Shown here one piece after another: positions 36,084 through 45,956 of a stretch of 64,000 bases of DNA; the first letter of the stretch is position 1, and every line of letters begins with the position of its first letter. The notes beneath the pieces were generated by a model. That model worked only from the letters and a program-made list of their open reading frames with translations, did not search any database and was not told the DNA's origin. This stretch comes from Candidatus Nomurabacteria bacterium (lineage in GTDB: Bacteria > Patescibacteriota > Minisyncoccia > Phycocordibacterales > UBA9973): positions 73,159-137,158 of the forward strand of contig JAIOPO010000001.1 of NCBI GenBank assembly GCA_021413905.1. Direction: 5' to 3'. The translations under genes and the position numbers were made by a program.

Positions 36084-37401
36084 TATGAAAACAACATTTA
36101 AAAAAATAATCACATATATTTTAATTTTAGAATCGAGGCTTGTTCTTTGGAAATATAAACCAAAGATTGTTGCTATTACTGGATCTGTAGGTAAAACTTC
36201 TACTAAAGATGCGGTATATGCAGTGCTTTCAAAATTTACTTATGTTCGTAAAAGTGAAAAAAGTTATAATAGTCAAATTGGTTTACCTTTGACTGTCCTT
36301 GGTTGCACAAATGGTTGGAATGACCCTATGGCATGGTTTAAAAATATTTGTTTTGGTTTTTGGCTCTTTGTTTGGCCTCATAAATATCCAGAATGGCTGG
36401 TGCTTGAGGTGGGTGTGGGAAAACCAGGAGATATGAAACAAACTGCATCTTGGCTTAAAACAAATGCTGTTATAATAACAGCTATAGGTGAAACTCCAGC
36501 ACATATAGAATTTTTTAGTTCACGAGATAATTTAATAGAAGAAAAAAGCGGTTTGATAAAAACTTTAAAGAAAAATGGAATTTTGATTTTGAATGCTGAT
36601 GATGACGCTGTATTAGGAATGAAAAATAAATGTAAAAATAGAGTTGTGACTTATGGTTTCAATGAAAAATCAGATGTAACTGGTGCAAGTGAAAATATTT
36701 TTTATGATGATTCTGTTTCTGTTGGAAATTCTTTTAACGAACCAAAAGGTATTATTTTTAGAGTAGATACCGGAGGTAGTTCTTTGCCTGTTATTATCGA
36801 AGGTGTGTTTGGCATAAATCATGTTTATGCTTCACTTGCATCTATTGCTTTTGCTTATGGTTTAAAATTTAATATTGTTGATGCTGTTAATTCTTTAAAA
36901 AAATATGATGTACCACCTGGTCGTATGCGTTTAATTTCAGGAATAAATAATTCTTTGATTTTAGATGATACTTATAATTCTTCACCTTTTGCTTGTATTT
37001 CAGCGTTAAAAACTTTAAGTGAAGTAAAAACAAAAGGTAAAAAAATAGCAGTTTTGGGTGATATGCTTGAACTTGGTAAACATACTGAAGATGCACATAG
37101 AGATATAGGTAAATATGCAAAAGACCACTCTGATATTTTGTTTGTTGTTGGACCTAGAGCTAAAACAATAGCTGTGGGTGCTATGGAGAATGGCATGTTA
37201 AAAGAAAATATATTTGAATTCGGTAGTTCTTTTGAGGCGGGAGATTTTTTGAAAACTTTTATAAATGAAGGTGATCTGATTTTAGTAAAAGGTTCGCAGG
37301 GTATGCGTATGGAAAAAACAGTTGAGAAAATAATGGCGCATCCAGAACAAAAAAATAAATTCCTCGTTCGTCAAGAAGAAGAATGGATTGCCAAGAAATA
37401 G
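36061..37401 (+). CDS. murF: Mur ligase, probable UDP-MurNAc-tripeptide D-alanyl-D-alanine ligase MurF
   Basis: 446 aa; ATP-binding IVAITGSVGKTSTK and C-terminal GDMLELGKHTEDAHRDIG typical of MurF. Confidence 0.65.
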   Translation: MKFHQIDNMKTTFKKIITYILILESRLVLWKYKPKIVAITGSVGKTSTKDAVYAVLSKFTYVRKSEKSYNSQIGLPLTVLGCTNGWNDPMAWFKNICFGFWLFVWPHKYPEWLVLEVGVGKPGDMKQTASWLKTNAVIITAIGETPAHIEFFSSRDNLIEEKSGLIKTLKKNGILILNADDDAVLGMKNKCKNRVVTYGFNEKSDVTGASENIFYDDSVSVGNSFNEPKGIIFRVDTGGSSLPVIIEGVFGINHVYASLASIAFAYGLKFNIVDAVNSLKKYDVPPGRMRLISGINNSLILDDTYNSSPFACISALKTLSEVKTKGKKIAVLGDMLELGKHTEDAHRDIGKYAKDHSDILFVVGPRAKTIAVGAMENGMLKENIFEFGSSFEAGDFLKTFINEGDLILVKGSQGMRMEKTVEKIMAHPEQKNKFLVRQEEEWIAKK

Positions 37402-37502
37402 AAAAGTAATTCACTTATTTATTTGACTTTAATTTCTTATTTTTATACACTTGTTTTTACAATTGTCCTTTTTAAATTCACAATTTTAAAGATTTAATCG
37501 TT

Positions 37503-37988
37503 ATGAGAAAGTTAGTAACACGTAGTGATATTAGGAATTATTATTCCAATCACAAAAATTTTATTTTGGATCCAGTTTATAACTGGGTAAATAAAAACAA
37601 AGTAAAGATGCCCGTATCATTTGATGAGGTTGAAAAGATTTCATTGAGAGGGCAGTGTGGCAGAATTCTGCCCGGTAATTCGGTACTTATTCATGTTTTA
37701 GATGAACATGGTGAAATGGCCGAATCATCGTTGTTTGTGGTTGACGGTAATGTTTCAATTTTACCAGAAAGATTTGAGTATAAAAATCAAATCATTCTGA
37801 ACGCCAACCATAGAATGGCAAAAGCTATGATTGGAAGGAGAGTTGATTCCCTCAATCATTTTATTTCTGACGATGGTCAGAAAATTGATTTTCTCGTTAA
37901 GAAAATTTTTTCACCGAAAAGTGTTCGGTGGAATCAAATATTAAATTATTTTTTGGAAAAGAAAATTGTTGAATTTCAGCCGGCATAG
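37503..37988 (+). CDS. Hypothetical protein
   Basis: 161-aa ORF with no recognisable motif; followed by a strong terminator. Confidence 0.3.
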   Translation: MRKLVTRSDIRNYYSNHKNFILDPVYNWVNKNKVKMPVSFDEVEKISLRGQCGRILPGNSVLIHVLDEHGEMAESSLFVVDGNVSILPERFEYKNQIILNANHRMAKAMIGRRVDSLNHFISDDGQKIDFLVKKIFSPKSVRWNQILNYFLEKKIVEFQPA

Positions 37989-38013
37989 CTGAAAAAATAA
38001 GTATTTGAATGTA

Positions 38014-38043
38014 GCGCGTCTTGCAAAAGACGCGTTTTTTTAT
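38014..38043 (+). terminator. Rho-independent terminator
   Basis: GCGCGTCTTGCAAAAGACGCG hairpin followed by TTTTTTT; lies inside the 5' end of the called 38005 ORF. Confidence 0.55.
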
Positions 38044-38082
38044 TTTAAGGTGCCTAGCGGCAACACCTTAACTGGTGGTACA

Positions 38083-38895
38083 ATGAATGGAACAATGACA
38101 AATATTTGGAATTATAAAAATCAATTAACTCAAACAATAATTGGCCCTAATACCATGTCATATTTATATGATCATGAAGGGAATAGAGTAAAATATGTTA
38201 AAGGTGCAAATATTACATATTATCCCAATAAATTTTATAATATTTCTGGTACTAAAAAAACAAAACAAATTTATGTCGGCGAACAACTAGTAGCCACAAT
38301 AGAAACAAATGGTGCTGTTGTAACCCCATACTACATACACTCTGATCATTTGGGTTCAACAAATGTTGTAACTGATTCTTCTGGTACCAATGTTCAGTTG
38401 CTTGATTACTATCCATATGGAATGAAAAGAATTTCTGCTGGAACATACAATGAACAGAGACAATATATAGGCCAAATATATGATGCAGATACAATGTTTG
38501 ATTATCTTAATGCTAGATATTATAAACCAGATATAGGTAGATTCTTGAGTGAAGATCCAGTGTTCTGGAATTTATCACAAGAATTACTACTTGACCCTCA
38601 ACAACAAAATTCGTATTCTTATGGAAGAGATAATCCAATAAAAAATAGTGATCCTACTGGAAATCTTTCTTTAGAAGCATTAATAAATGATCCAATAGGA
38701 AGTATTAGAAATAGCGCAGGGTGGGGTTTATTTTCTCTCGGTGGAAATTTATTCAATAAACCATTTTCAGCGTCCTTGCTAAGACACTCTGCTTCACTTG
38801 AGCCAAATAACTTAACAATAGATTCAAACAATCAAAAACAGTATGGAAATCCAGTTAATAAGATAATGAAACAAGTCAGTATAAAAGTTATGTGA
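38083..38895 (+). CDS. Orphan Rhs/YD-repeat C-terminal module: last YD repeat, RHS repeat-associated core domain and a variable C-terminal toxin domain
   Basis: YLYDHEGNR YD repeat, then the core signature YYIHSDHLGSTNVVTDSSG...YYPYGM...LNARYYKPDIGRFLSEDP...YSYGRDNPIKNSDPTGN, then a roughly 75-aa unrelated tail; start moved past the terminator to Met27. Confidence 0.7.
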   Translation: MNGTMTNIWNYKNQLTQTIIGPNTMSYLYDHEGNRVKYVKGANITYYPNKFYNISGTKKTKQIYVGEQLVATIETNGAVVTPYYIHSDHLGSTNVVTDSSGTNVQLLDYYPYGMKRISAGTYNEQRQYIGQIYDADTMFDYLNARYYKPDIGRFLSEDPVFWNLSQELLLDPQQQNSYSYGRDNPIKNSDPTGNLSLEALINDPIGSIRNSAGWGLFSLGGNLFNKPFSASLLRHSASLEPNNLTIDSNNQKQYGNPVNKIMKQVSIKVM

Positions 38896-39203
38896 ATGAA
38901 ACAATTGAAGGAGCAAAAGGTGGTAAAATGACAAATTCTAGTCATTTCGAATTTGAGAATAAGAGTGATTTATATTACTCACTTCACGGTGCAAATATTC
39001 AATCACAAGTTTCTCAAAAAAACGGAGTATGGATTGTTAATAGCACTGTAACAGATAGATATAATTTTAATTCTACAAATCCACAGACTTATAAAGGAAC
39101 AATTGTTAAAATACCAGCAACTCAAGCATACAAAGATCAGAGTAAAGGAGTTTTAAGTAATTATAATGTAAGCATTAAAATTAGTGACAAAATTAAACAA
39201 TAA
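38892..39203 (+). CDS. Hypothetical protein; candidate immunity protein for the Rhs C-terminal toxin
   Basis: 103-aa ORF overlapping the stop of the Rhs C-terminal ORF by 4 nt. Confidence 0.3.
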   Translation: MNETIEGAKGGKMTNSSHFEFENKSDLYYSLHGANIQSQVSQKNGVWIVNSTVTDRYNFNSTNPQTYKGTIVKIPATQAYKDQSKGVLSNYNVSIKISDKIKQ

Positions 39204-39208
39204 CTTTT

Positions 39209-39721
39209 ATGAAAAAAATTACATTAATTATAATTGGCGCTATTGCAGTAATCTCTATTGGAGGGTTCATTCTATATTTTTTCTGGTTTATTAAACCAGA
39301 AAAAGAAATTGCCGAGAAGTGTCAAGGATTCACTCTTAATTGGACAGACTTCATTGATTGTCATGGAATCGTTTCAATCCATGATGGATGGGATATGGAC
39401 TATTTATCTATTGATGATCACATGCATGATTATGAAATCGCACGTGTATACAATCAGAATCAATATATCTTTTCAGACAACAAAGTGTTTGTTAAAAATT
39501 TAAAAACAATTGAAGGCAGTTCTTATGATGGATTAAAGACAGAATATTACCAAAGACTTTTCCAAGATGGAGAAGTTGTTAGAAATTTTTACGATGCTGT
39601 TTCTGATATTCCAACATATTTAGTTGTTGATATAGTTTCTGGTGAGGCAAAAGCATATAAAGCTATTATAGATGTGCCCGAAGCAGAAAAAGCATATTTT
39701 GAAGACTTAGAAAAAAGATAA
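39209..39721 (+). CDS. Membrane-anchored hypothetical protein; second candidate immunity protein
   Basis: 170 aa; N-terminal TM or signal-anchor MKKITLIIIGAIAVISIGGFILYFFWF. Confidence 0.35.
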   Translation: MKKITLIIIGAIAVISIGGFILYFFWFIKPEKEIAEKCQGFTLNWTDFIDCHGIVSIHDGWDMDYLSIDDHMHDYEIARVYNQNQYIFSDNKVFVKNLKTIEGSSYDGLKTEYYQRLFQDGEVVRNFYDAVSDIPTYLVVDIVSGEAKAYKAIIDVPEAEKAYFEDLEKR

Positions 39722-39850
39722 TTTTTAGAACTTGAACTTAAATAATTATCTATCAATTAATTTTTTAACAAACTATTGATTTATTTTTTAAATTATGTAT
39801 AATAATTTTAGATTTCATTTTGAATTAAACCTTAACCTTAATTAATAATA

Positions 39851-40450
39851 ATGAGAAAGTTCTTAATCATCGTTAGCCTTTTGTTGGCTAGTTTATTTTC
39901 TGTTGCTTTGGCGCAAGAAAATTCAAATCCTTCTGCTGGTACTTCAGCTAGTTCCAGAAAATTATTTGCTCCAGTTTTTTCTACTGGGGTTAGTGTTCAT
40001 CGAGGGCTCACTCTTGGTGGTGGTGTTCGTATCAGAGATACTGAAAAATTACCACCAATGAGGGTAGAAGGAACCTTTTCTTTACCCAAAACTTCGTTTG
40101 GGTTATCTTATAGGATTTATCCTTTTAAAAATCCTAAATGGATAGGTTTTGGAGTGGAGGGTTTGTATTTTTATAAAACAAATTTCTCTTTTTACTCTGA
40201 ATTATTTTTTGGGGGAAATGGTGCACAAACATTTAAGGATTTAAATACTTATTGGTGTGCCAAAAGATTGGTGTTAAGTCCTTTTGTTGATATCTTTATC
40301 CCAATTGGTAAATGCCGTCTTGGTTCAACGATAAATCCTTTTTTGTTTGGATTTTGGGACAGGGTAGATGGGAGATATGGCATCTGGAAGAGATGGACGA
40401 ATATAGGGATTTATTTCTCTATGCGCCTGGCTTCTAAACAGAAGAGTTAA
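39851..40450 (+). CDS. Secreted beta-rich hypothetical protein
   Basis: 199 aa; cleavable signal peptide (SVALA-QE) and alternating aromatic or Gly beta-strand pattern. Confidence 0.4.
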   Translation: MRKFLIIVSLLLASLFSVALAQENSNPSAGTSASSRKLFAPVFSTGVSVHRGLTLGGGVRIRDTEKLPPMRVEGTFSLPKTSFGLSYRIYPFKNPKWIGFGVEGLYFYKTNFSFYSELFFGGNGAQTFKDLNTYWCAKRLVLSPFVDIFIPIGKCRLGSTINPFLFGFWDRVDGRYGIWKRWTNIGIYFSMRLASKQKS

Positions 40451-40462
40451 GTGTAGTTTTTT

Positions 40463-40498
40463 AGGAGTGGTTTTTCAAAACCGCTCCTTTTGTTTTTT
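40463..40498 (+). terminator. Rho-independent terminator
   Basis: AGGAGTGG...CCGCTCCT hairpin followed by TTTTGTTTTTT. Confidence 0.5.
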
Positions 40499-40554
40499 AA
40501 AGCATTTAACAGTATAATAAAGATATTAAAATTTAAGTAAAATTATAGATATTT

Positions 40555-41586
40555 ATGTCAGAAAAAATAAAAGTAGGTATTAATGGTTTTGGACGTATTG
40601 GTAGAGCTTTTTTGAAGATAGCTTGGGAACATCCGGAAATAGAAATAGTGGCAGTCAATGATTTGGGCGATGTTGCAAATATGGCTTATCTTCTGAAATA
40701 TGACACAGTATACAGAACTTGGAATCATCAAGTAAAAGCCAGTGGTCAAGAAATATTGATAGATGGAAAGATTGTGAAAGTTCTTGCTGAAAAAGATCCT
40801 GCCAATTTACCTTGGGGTGATTTAGGTGTGGATGTCGTCGTAGAGTCTACTGGTTTGTTTACTTCTTATGATAAAGCAAATGCTCATATAAAAGCTGGCG
40901 CTAAAAAAGTTGTAATTTCTGCTCCAGCAAAAGACGGAGATAATTCTTCTGTAAAAGGAGAGACAATTCTTATGTCTGTAAATGAAGAAAAGTTTGGAAC
41001 TTGTGATATTACTTCAAATGCGTCTTGCACCACAAATGCAGCTTCGCCTTTGATTGCGATTTTGCATGAAACTTTGGGTATAGAAAAAGCATTGTTAAAT
41101 ACTGTGCACGGATATACTGCTTCACAAAGCATAGTAGATAGTCCAAATAAAAAAGATTTTCGTGAAGGACGCGCTGCTGCGCAAAATATCGTGCCATCTT
41201 CTACTGGTGCAGCTATTGCTGTAACAAAAGCATTTCCTGAATTAATAAATCTTTTTGACGGCATATCTATGCGTGTGCCTGTGCCTGCAGGAAGTATTGT
41301 AGATATAACTTTTATTTCGAAAAAAGAAACTACAGCAGAAGAAGTAAATAATATTCTTAAAAAATATTCGCAAGATTCAAAATGGTCAAAAGTTTTTTCT
41401 GTTACTGAAGATGATTTGGTTTCTTCTGATATCTTGGGCGAATCTCATGCATCCATCGCAGATTTAAAAATGACTCGTGTTGTGGGTGGTAATCTCGTAA
41501 AAGTGATGGGTTGGTACGACAACGAAATGGGGTACACTCATACTTTGGTTGAGCATGTGGTCAAAACAGGCAATACAATTAGATAA
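40555..41586 (+). CDS. gap: Glyceraldehyde-3-phosphate dehydrogenase
   Basis: 343 aa; NAD-binding KVGINGFGRIGR and catalytic SNASCTTN. Confidence 0.9.
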   Translation: MSEKIKVGINGFGRIGRAFLKIAWEHPEIEIVAVNDLGDVANMAYLLKYDTVYRTWNHQVKASGQEILIDGKIVKVLAEKDPANLPWGDLGVDVVVESTGLFTSYDKANAHIKAGAKKVVISAPAKDGDNSSVKGETILMSVNEEKFGTCDITSNASCTTNAASPLIAILHETLGIEKALLNTVHGYTASQSIVDSPNKKDFREGRAAAQNIVPSSTGAAIAVTKAFPELINLFDGISMRVPVPAGSIVDITFISKKETTAEEVNNILKKYSQDSKWSKVFSVTEDDLVSSDILGESHASIADLKMTRVVGGNLVKVMGWYDNEMGYTHTLVEHVVKTGNTIR

Positions 41587-41602
41587 AATAATTTTTATAA
41601 TT

Positions 41603-42043
41603 ATGAAAATATTTATTGGAACAGACCACGCAGGATATGAGATGAAAGAAGAACTCAAAAAATATTTGGGTGATTTAGGATATGAATTAGAGGACAAGGG
41701 CGCGTATAGTTTTGACGCAGAAGATGATTATCCAGATTTTATTTTTCCTGTAGCAAAATCTGTAACAGAAGAAAAAGGGAATTTTGGAATAATTATTGGA
41801 GGATCAGGGCAAGGTGAAGGGATGTGCGCAAACAGGGTAAAGGGTGCGCGAGCTTGTGAATATTATGGAGGAAATACAGATATTATAAAGATATCTCGTG
41901 AACACAATAATGCAAATGTCTTGTCTTTAGGTGCTAGATTTATTTCAGCAGAGGAAGCAAAACAAGTTGTAAAAATATTTTTAGAAACAAATTTTTCTGG
42001 TGAAGAAAGGCATATGAGAAGAATTAAAAAAATTGATTTATAA
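41603..42043 (+). CDS. rpiB: Ribose-5-phosphate isomerase B (RpiB/LacAB family)
   Basis: MKIFIGTDHAGYEMKEEL ... GIIIGGSGQGEGMCANR; start taken at 41603 rather than the called upstream extension. Confidence 0.8.
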   Translation: MKIFIGTDHAGYEMKEELKKYLGDLGYELEDKGAYSFDAEDDYPDFIFPVAKSVTEEKGNFGIIIGGSGQGEGMCANRVKGARACEYYGGNTDIIKISREHNNANVLSLGARFISAEEAKQVVKIFLETNFSGEERHMRRIKKIDL

Positions 42044-42053
42044 AATATAATCT

Positions 42054-42752
42054 ATGATAGAAATAATACCTGCTATTTTAACAAAAAGTTATGATGATTT
42101 GAAGAATAAAATTTCTTTGGTGCGTGGTGTGGCACCTGTGGTGCAAATAGATATTTGTGATGGAGTTTTTGTTTCAACTCAAACTTGGCCTTTTGCGACA
42201 GGTGGAGCAAATGATTATAATTTGCAAAATATTTTAAACGAGCAAGAAGGCATGCCATTTTGGGAAGATATTGATTTTGAACTTGATTTGATGGTATCAG
42301 ATGCAATAGAGAATTTTGACATTTATACAAAACTCGGACCAAAGAGAATTGTTTTCCATTTGGAAGCAATTGGTAATCTAGAAGATTTTAAACATTTTTT
42401 GGAAGCTATGGATGTGTATATCAGGGATTCTATTAAATTTGGAATAGCTATTAATACGACTACACCTGTGGAGAAAGTTTTTCCTTTTGTTAATAATGTT
42501 GATTTTGTGCAATGTATGGGTATTGAACATATTGGAATGCAAGGTCAAGATTTTGATAAAAGAGTTTTAGAAAATATTAAAATTTTGAAAGATAAATTTA
42601 GTGATTTGATTGTCTCGGTGGATGGAGGAGTGAATTTGGATAATGCGCCCGCGCTCATAAGCGCGGGCGCAGATCGCCTCGTCATCGGTTCTGCAATTTT
42701 CAAGACACAAGATATCAGAAACACTATTGAAGAATTCGAAAGTTTGGTATAA
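42054..42752 (+). CDS. Ribulose-phosphate 3-epimerase-like TIM-barrel protein
   Basis: 232 aa; IIPAIL ... QIDICDGVFV ... divalent-metal-binding pattern of the Rpe family, with an insertion. Confidence 0.55.
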   Translation: MIEIIPAILTKSYDDLKNKISLVRGVAPVVQIDICDGVFVSTQTWPFATGGANDYNLQNILNEQEGMPFWEDIDFELDLMVSDAIENFDIYTKLGPKRIVFHLEAIGNLEDFKHFLEAMDVYIRDSIKFGIAINTTTPVEKVFPFVNNVDFVQCMGIEHIGMQGQDFDKRVLENIKILKDKFSDLIVSVDGGVNLDNAPALISAGADRLVIGSAIFKTQDIRNTIEEFESLV

Positions 42753-42759
42753 TTAAAGA

Positions 42760-43653
42760 ATGGTTTTGACTCAAGCAAAAATTTTTGATTTGGAAAAAAA
42801 GGCGAATGATATTCGTATCTCTATTTTGGAATCTTTAATTGAAGCAAAATCCGGACATACTGCAGGTCCGCTCGGCATGGCAGATATTTTTACACTTTTT
42901 TATTTTCATATTTTGCGTCATGATCCTAAAAATCCATCTTGGCCGGAACGCGACAGAGTTATCCTTTCAAACGGACATATTTGTCCATTACTTTATGCTG
43001 TTATGGCTCATGCGGGATATTTTCCAATTGAAGAATTAAAAACTTTGAGAAAATTTGGAGCACGTTTGCAAGGTCATCCACACAGAGAATATTTGCCATA
43101 TGTTGAAACATCATCAGGTCCATTGGGTTTGGGTCTTTCTCAAGCTGTCGGCATGGCTTTGGCTGACAGAATGGATAATGGAAAAAATACAGAAAAATAT
43201 ATTTATTGTTTTATGTCAGACGGTGAACATAATGAAGGCAATACATGGGAAGCAATGATGCTCGCCGGAAAAGAAAAATTGCGAAATTTAATTGCTATTG
43301 TAGACAGAAACAATATTCAAATAGATGGTTTTACAGAAGATGTAATGCCTCTTGAACCGCTTGCTGATAAATGGAGAGCTTTTAATTGGCATGTGATAGA
43401 AGTTAGTGGTCATAATTTTCAAGCATTAAATGAAGCAATAGAAGAAGCGCAAGCCATATATGAAAAGCCAACTGTGATAATAGCTCATACAATACCAGGG
43501 AAAGGTGTTAAAGAATTCGAACGTGATTTTCGTTGGCATGGTACACCGCCAGGATTTGGACCCGAAGATAAAATTAAAAAATCAGAACAGGGGAAAGTCG
43601 CCCTCGACGAACTACGTACTTTAGGAGGTCAGATTATTAGTGAAAATCAATAA
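42760..43653 (+). CDS. Transketolase, N-terminal (TPP-binding) subunit
   Basis: 297 aa; GHTAGPLGMADIFTLFYF ... SNGH ... GPLGLGLSQAVGMA thiamine-diphosphate motifs. Confidence 0.8.
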   Translation: MVLTQAKIFDLEKKANDIRISILESLIEAKSGHTAGPLGMADIFTLFYFHILRHDPKNPSWPERDRVILSNGHICPLLYAVMAHAGYFPIEELKTLRKFGARLQGHPHREYLPYVETSSGPLGLGLSQAVGMALADRMDNGKNTEKYIYCFMSDGEHNEGNTWEAMMLAGKEKLRNLIAIVDRNNIQIDGFTEDVMPLEPLADKWRAFNWHVIEVSGHNFQALNEAIEEAQAIYEKPTVIIAHTIPGKGVKEFERDFRWHGTPPGFGPEDKIKKSEQGKVALDELRTLGGQIISENQ

Positions 43654-44649
43654 ATGCTAAATCCAAATTTAAAATTAAATACAAAAATTTTCAATGCTGA
43701 TGTTGAGCAAGTTCCAATTCGTAAAGGTTTCGGACAAGGTTTGGTAATTGCCGGTGAAGAAAATAAAAATGTCGTTGCTCTGTGCGCTGATTTAACAGAA
43801 TCTACACAAATGAATTCTTTTAAAGAAAAATTTCCAGAACGCTTTATCGAAATAGGTGTTGCTGAACAAAATCTAGCTACAGTATCGAGTGGTATGTCTG
43901 CAATGGGTAAAATACCATTTATGACTTCTTATGCAATGTTTTCTCCTGGAAGAAATTGGGAACAAATACGCACAACGATTTGTTACAATGATCGTCCTGT
44001 AAAAATAATTGGCAATCATTCCGGAGTTTCTGTCGGTCCTGATGGAGGTACACACCAAGCGATAGAAGACGTCGCTATTATGCGAGTGATACCAAATATA
44101 GAAGTCATTGTGCCTTGTGATGCAATAGAATCAAAAAAGGCGACTGTAGCAATAGCAAAAACAAAAATTCCAGCTTATTTGCGTTTGGCTCGTGAAAAAA
44201 CTCCAATAATAACAACAGAAGAAACTCCTTTTGAGATAGGCAAAGCGCAGATTTTTTGGATGCCGGAAGTGGGTATTGCTCAAGTCGGCATTGTTGTGAT
44301 GGGAGGTTTGACTTACAATGCAATGCTTGTTGCAAAAGAATTAGAAACTGAAGGAATAAAAACAAAAGTTTTAAATTTGTCCACTATTAAACCGATAGAT
44401 GTTAATGCTATTGTTTCGCTTGCAAAAGAAACAAAAGCAATAGTGACAGTGGAAGAACATCAAATAGCCGGAGGAATGGGTAGTGCTGTCGCGGAAGTTC
44501 TCGCACAAAATTTCCCTGTACCTATGGAATTCGTAGGAGTGCAAGATAAATTTGGTCAATCCGGTACTCCAGAAGAATTGATTGAACATTATGGTATGGG
44601 TAAAGAATCTATTAAAAAAGCCGTGCGAGATATTTTAAAGAGAAAATAA
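43654..44649 (+). CDS. Transketolase, C-terminal (pyrimidine-binding) subunit
   Basis: 331 aa; directly abuts the N-terminal subunit; EQN...pyrimidine-binding and C-terminal domain pattern. Confidence 0.8.
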   Translation: MLNPNLKLNTKIFNADVEQVPIRKGFGQGLVIAGEENKNVVALCADLTESTQMNSFKEKFPERFIEIGVAEQNLATVSSGMSAMGKIPFMTSYAMFSPGRNWEQIRTTICYNDRPVKIIGNHSGVSVGPDGGTHQAIEDVAIMRVIPNIEVIVPCDAIESKKATVAIAKTKIPAYLRLAREKTPIITTEETPFEIGKAQIFWMPEVGIAQVGIVVMGGLTYNAMLVAKELETEGIKTKVLNLSTIKPIDVNAIVSLAKETKAIVTVEEHQIAGGMGSAVAEVLAQNFPVPMEFVGVQDKFGQSGTPEELIEHYGMGKESIKKAVRDILKRK

Positions 44650-44651
44650 AA

Positions 44652-44897
44652 TTATTTATTATTATTTTTCAGTTGATTTTCTAAATTTTCCAGCTTAATT
44701 TTCAAAATATCATATTTGTCAGGATAAAGTAATTTCTCCGTGCTAGTCATTTTACTCATTTCTGCTTTTGTATCTGCGTATTGTTTTCTTATTTCTTCGA
44801 CTTTTTCTTCATCTGGTCTTTTGAACCCTATTCGTGACATGTATTCACTTTTATTACCATTTTTTGGAGTTTCGTCTGGTTTAAATCCTATTGTCAT
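44652..44897 (-). CDS. Hypothetical small charged protein
   Basis: 81-aa ORF downstream of the PfkB kinase gene on the same strand. Confidence 0.25.
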   Translation of the reverse strand: MTIGFKPDETPKNGNKSEYMSRIGFKRPDEEKVEEIRKQYADTKAEMSKMTSTEKLLYPDKYDILKIKLENLENQLKNNNK

Positions 44898-44901
44898 ATA
44901 T

Positions 44902-45909
44902 TTAATTTATGTTACTTGTAATATAATCTTTTGGAGCTTTTTGCAAGTATTCTTCAAGTTTTACTCTTGATAAAAGTCCTGCTTGAGCTCCTACATATTG
45001 TACCACAGACATTGAATTTATAGGTCCCCATGCGAGAGCTTCGGGGATAGTTTTGCCGAGTGCTATCGCCACAGTAAAGGTAGAAGAAAAAGCATCTCCG
45101 GCGCCAGTACGTTCTATTGGAGGAGCTATGTCAGGATACATTGGCATGAAATAAATATCTGTGCCGTTAGATGCATATGCACCACTTGGTCCGTCAGATA
45201 TCGCTACTATTTTTGGTCCTAAATCATGAATGCCTTTTATTAGTGTTTTTATATCTTTAGTTTGAATATTTAAAATTCTTTCAGCTTCTTCTACATTACA
45301 AAAGAAAATTTCTGTGTGAGCATAAATGTCACGAAGTTTTTCTGTACCGATTTTCATTTGAAATGTGCCTGGTTGAAAAGCAAGCTTAGTTTCCGGATGA
45401 TTTTTCAAATATTCTGCAATTTCTAAATGATAAGGTAATGAATTTTCAGCTAAAGAACTTAAATAAATCCATCCAACTTCTGGTAAATTGTCAGGAAGTT
45501 TGTAATCAAATTCTGTATGTTTAATTAAAATAGTCCTTTCTACTCCATACCAAAGAACATAATGATAATTTGTCTTTTGATTGTTTTCTATTTTTACAAA
45601 ATCAGTGATGATATTTTCTTTTTTTAAAGTTTCTATGCAATCCATTCCATTTTTGTCTTCGCCTGTATTTGTTAAAAGGGCTGAACGAAGACCTAAACGA
45701 GAAGCCGATACAGAAGCATTTGGGCTATTACCCACAGCATTGCAAATTTTTACAGATTCATAAGGAACTTTGTCGCCAAAGCGTAAACAAAGCTCGGAAC
45801 TTTCTGCATCATCTAAACCTTTATGCACATGCGCATCTTTTAATTTTATAAAAGCATCTATAACAATATCCCCAATTGCCAAGAAATCTATTTTGTCATT
45901 TTTATCCAT
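44902..45909 (-). CDS. PfkB-family carbohydrate or nucleoside kinase (ribokinase-like)
   Basis: 335 aa; PfkB signature RTGAGDAFSSTF near the C-terminus and an N-terminal GG motif region. Confidence 0.7.
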   Translation of the reverse strand: MDKNDKIDFLAIGDIVIDAFIKLKDAHVHKGLDDAESSELCLRFGDKVPYESVKICNAVGNSPNASVSASRLGLRSALLTNTGEDKNGMDCIETLKKENIITDFVKIENNQKTNYHYVLWYGVERTILIKHTEFDYKLPDNLPEVGWIYLSSLAENSLPYHLEIAEYLKNHPETKLAFQPGTFQMKIGTEKLRDIYAHTEIFFCNVEEAERILNIQTKDIKTLIKGIHDLGPKIVAISDGPSGAYASNGTDIYFMPMYPDIAPPIERTGAGDAFSSTFTVAIALGKTIPEALAWGPINSMSVVQYVGAQAGLLSRVKLEEYLQKAPKDYITSNIN

Positions 45910-45956
45910 ATGATATTATTATAACATATCATTTAATATTTTAAACAAGCTTAATT

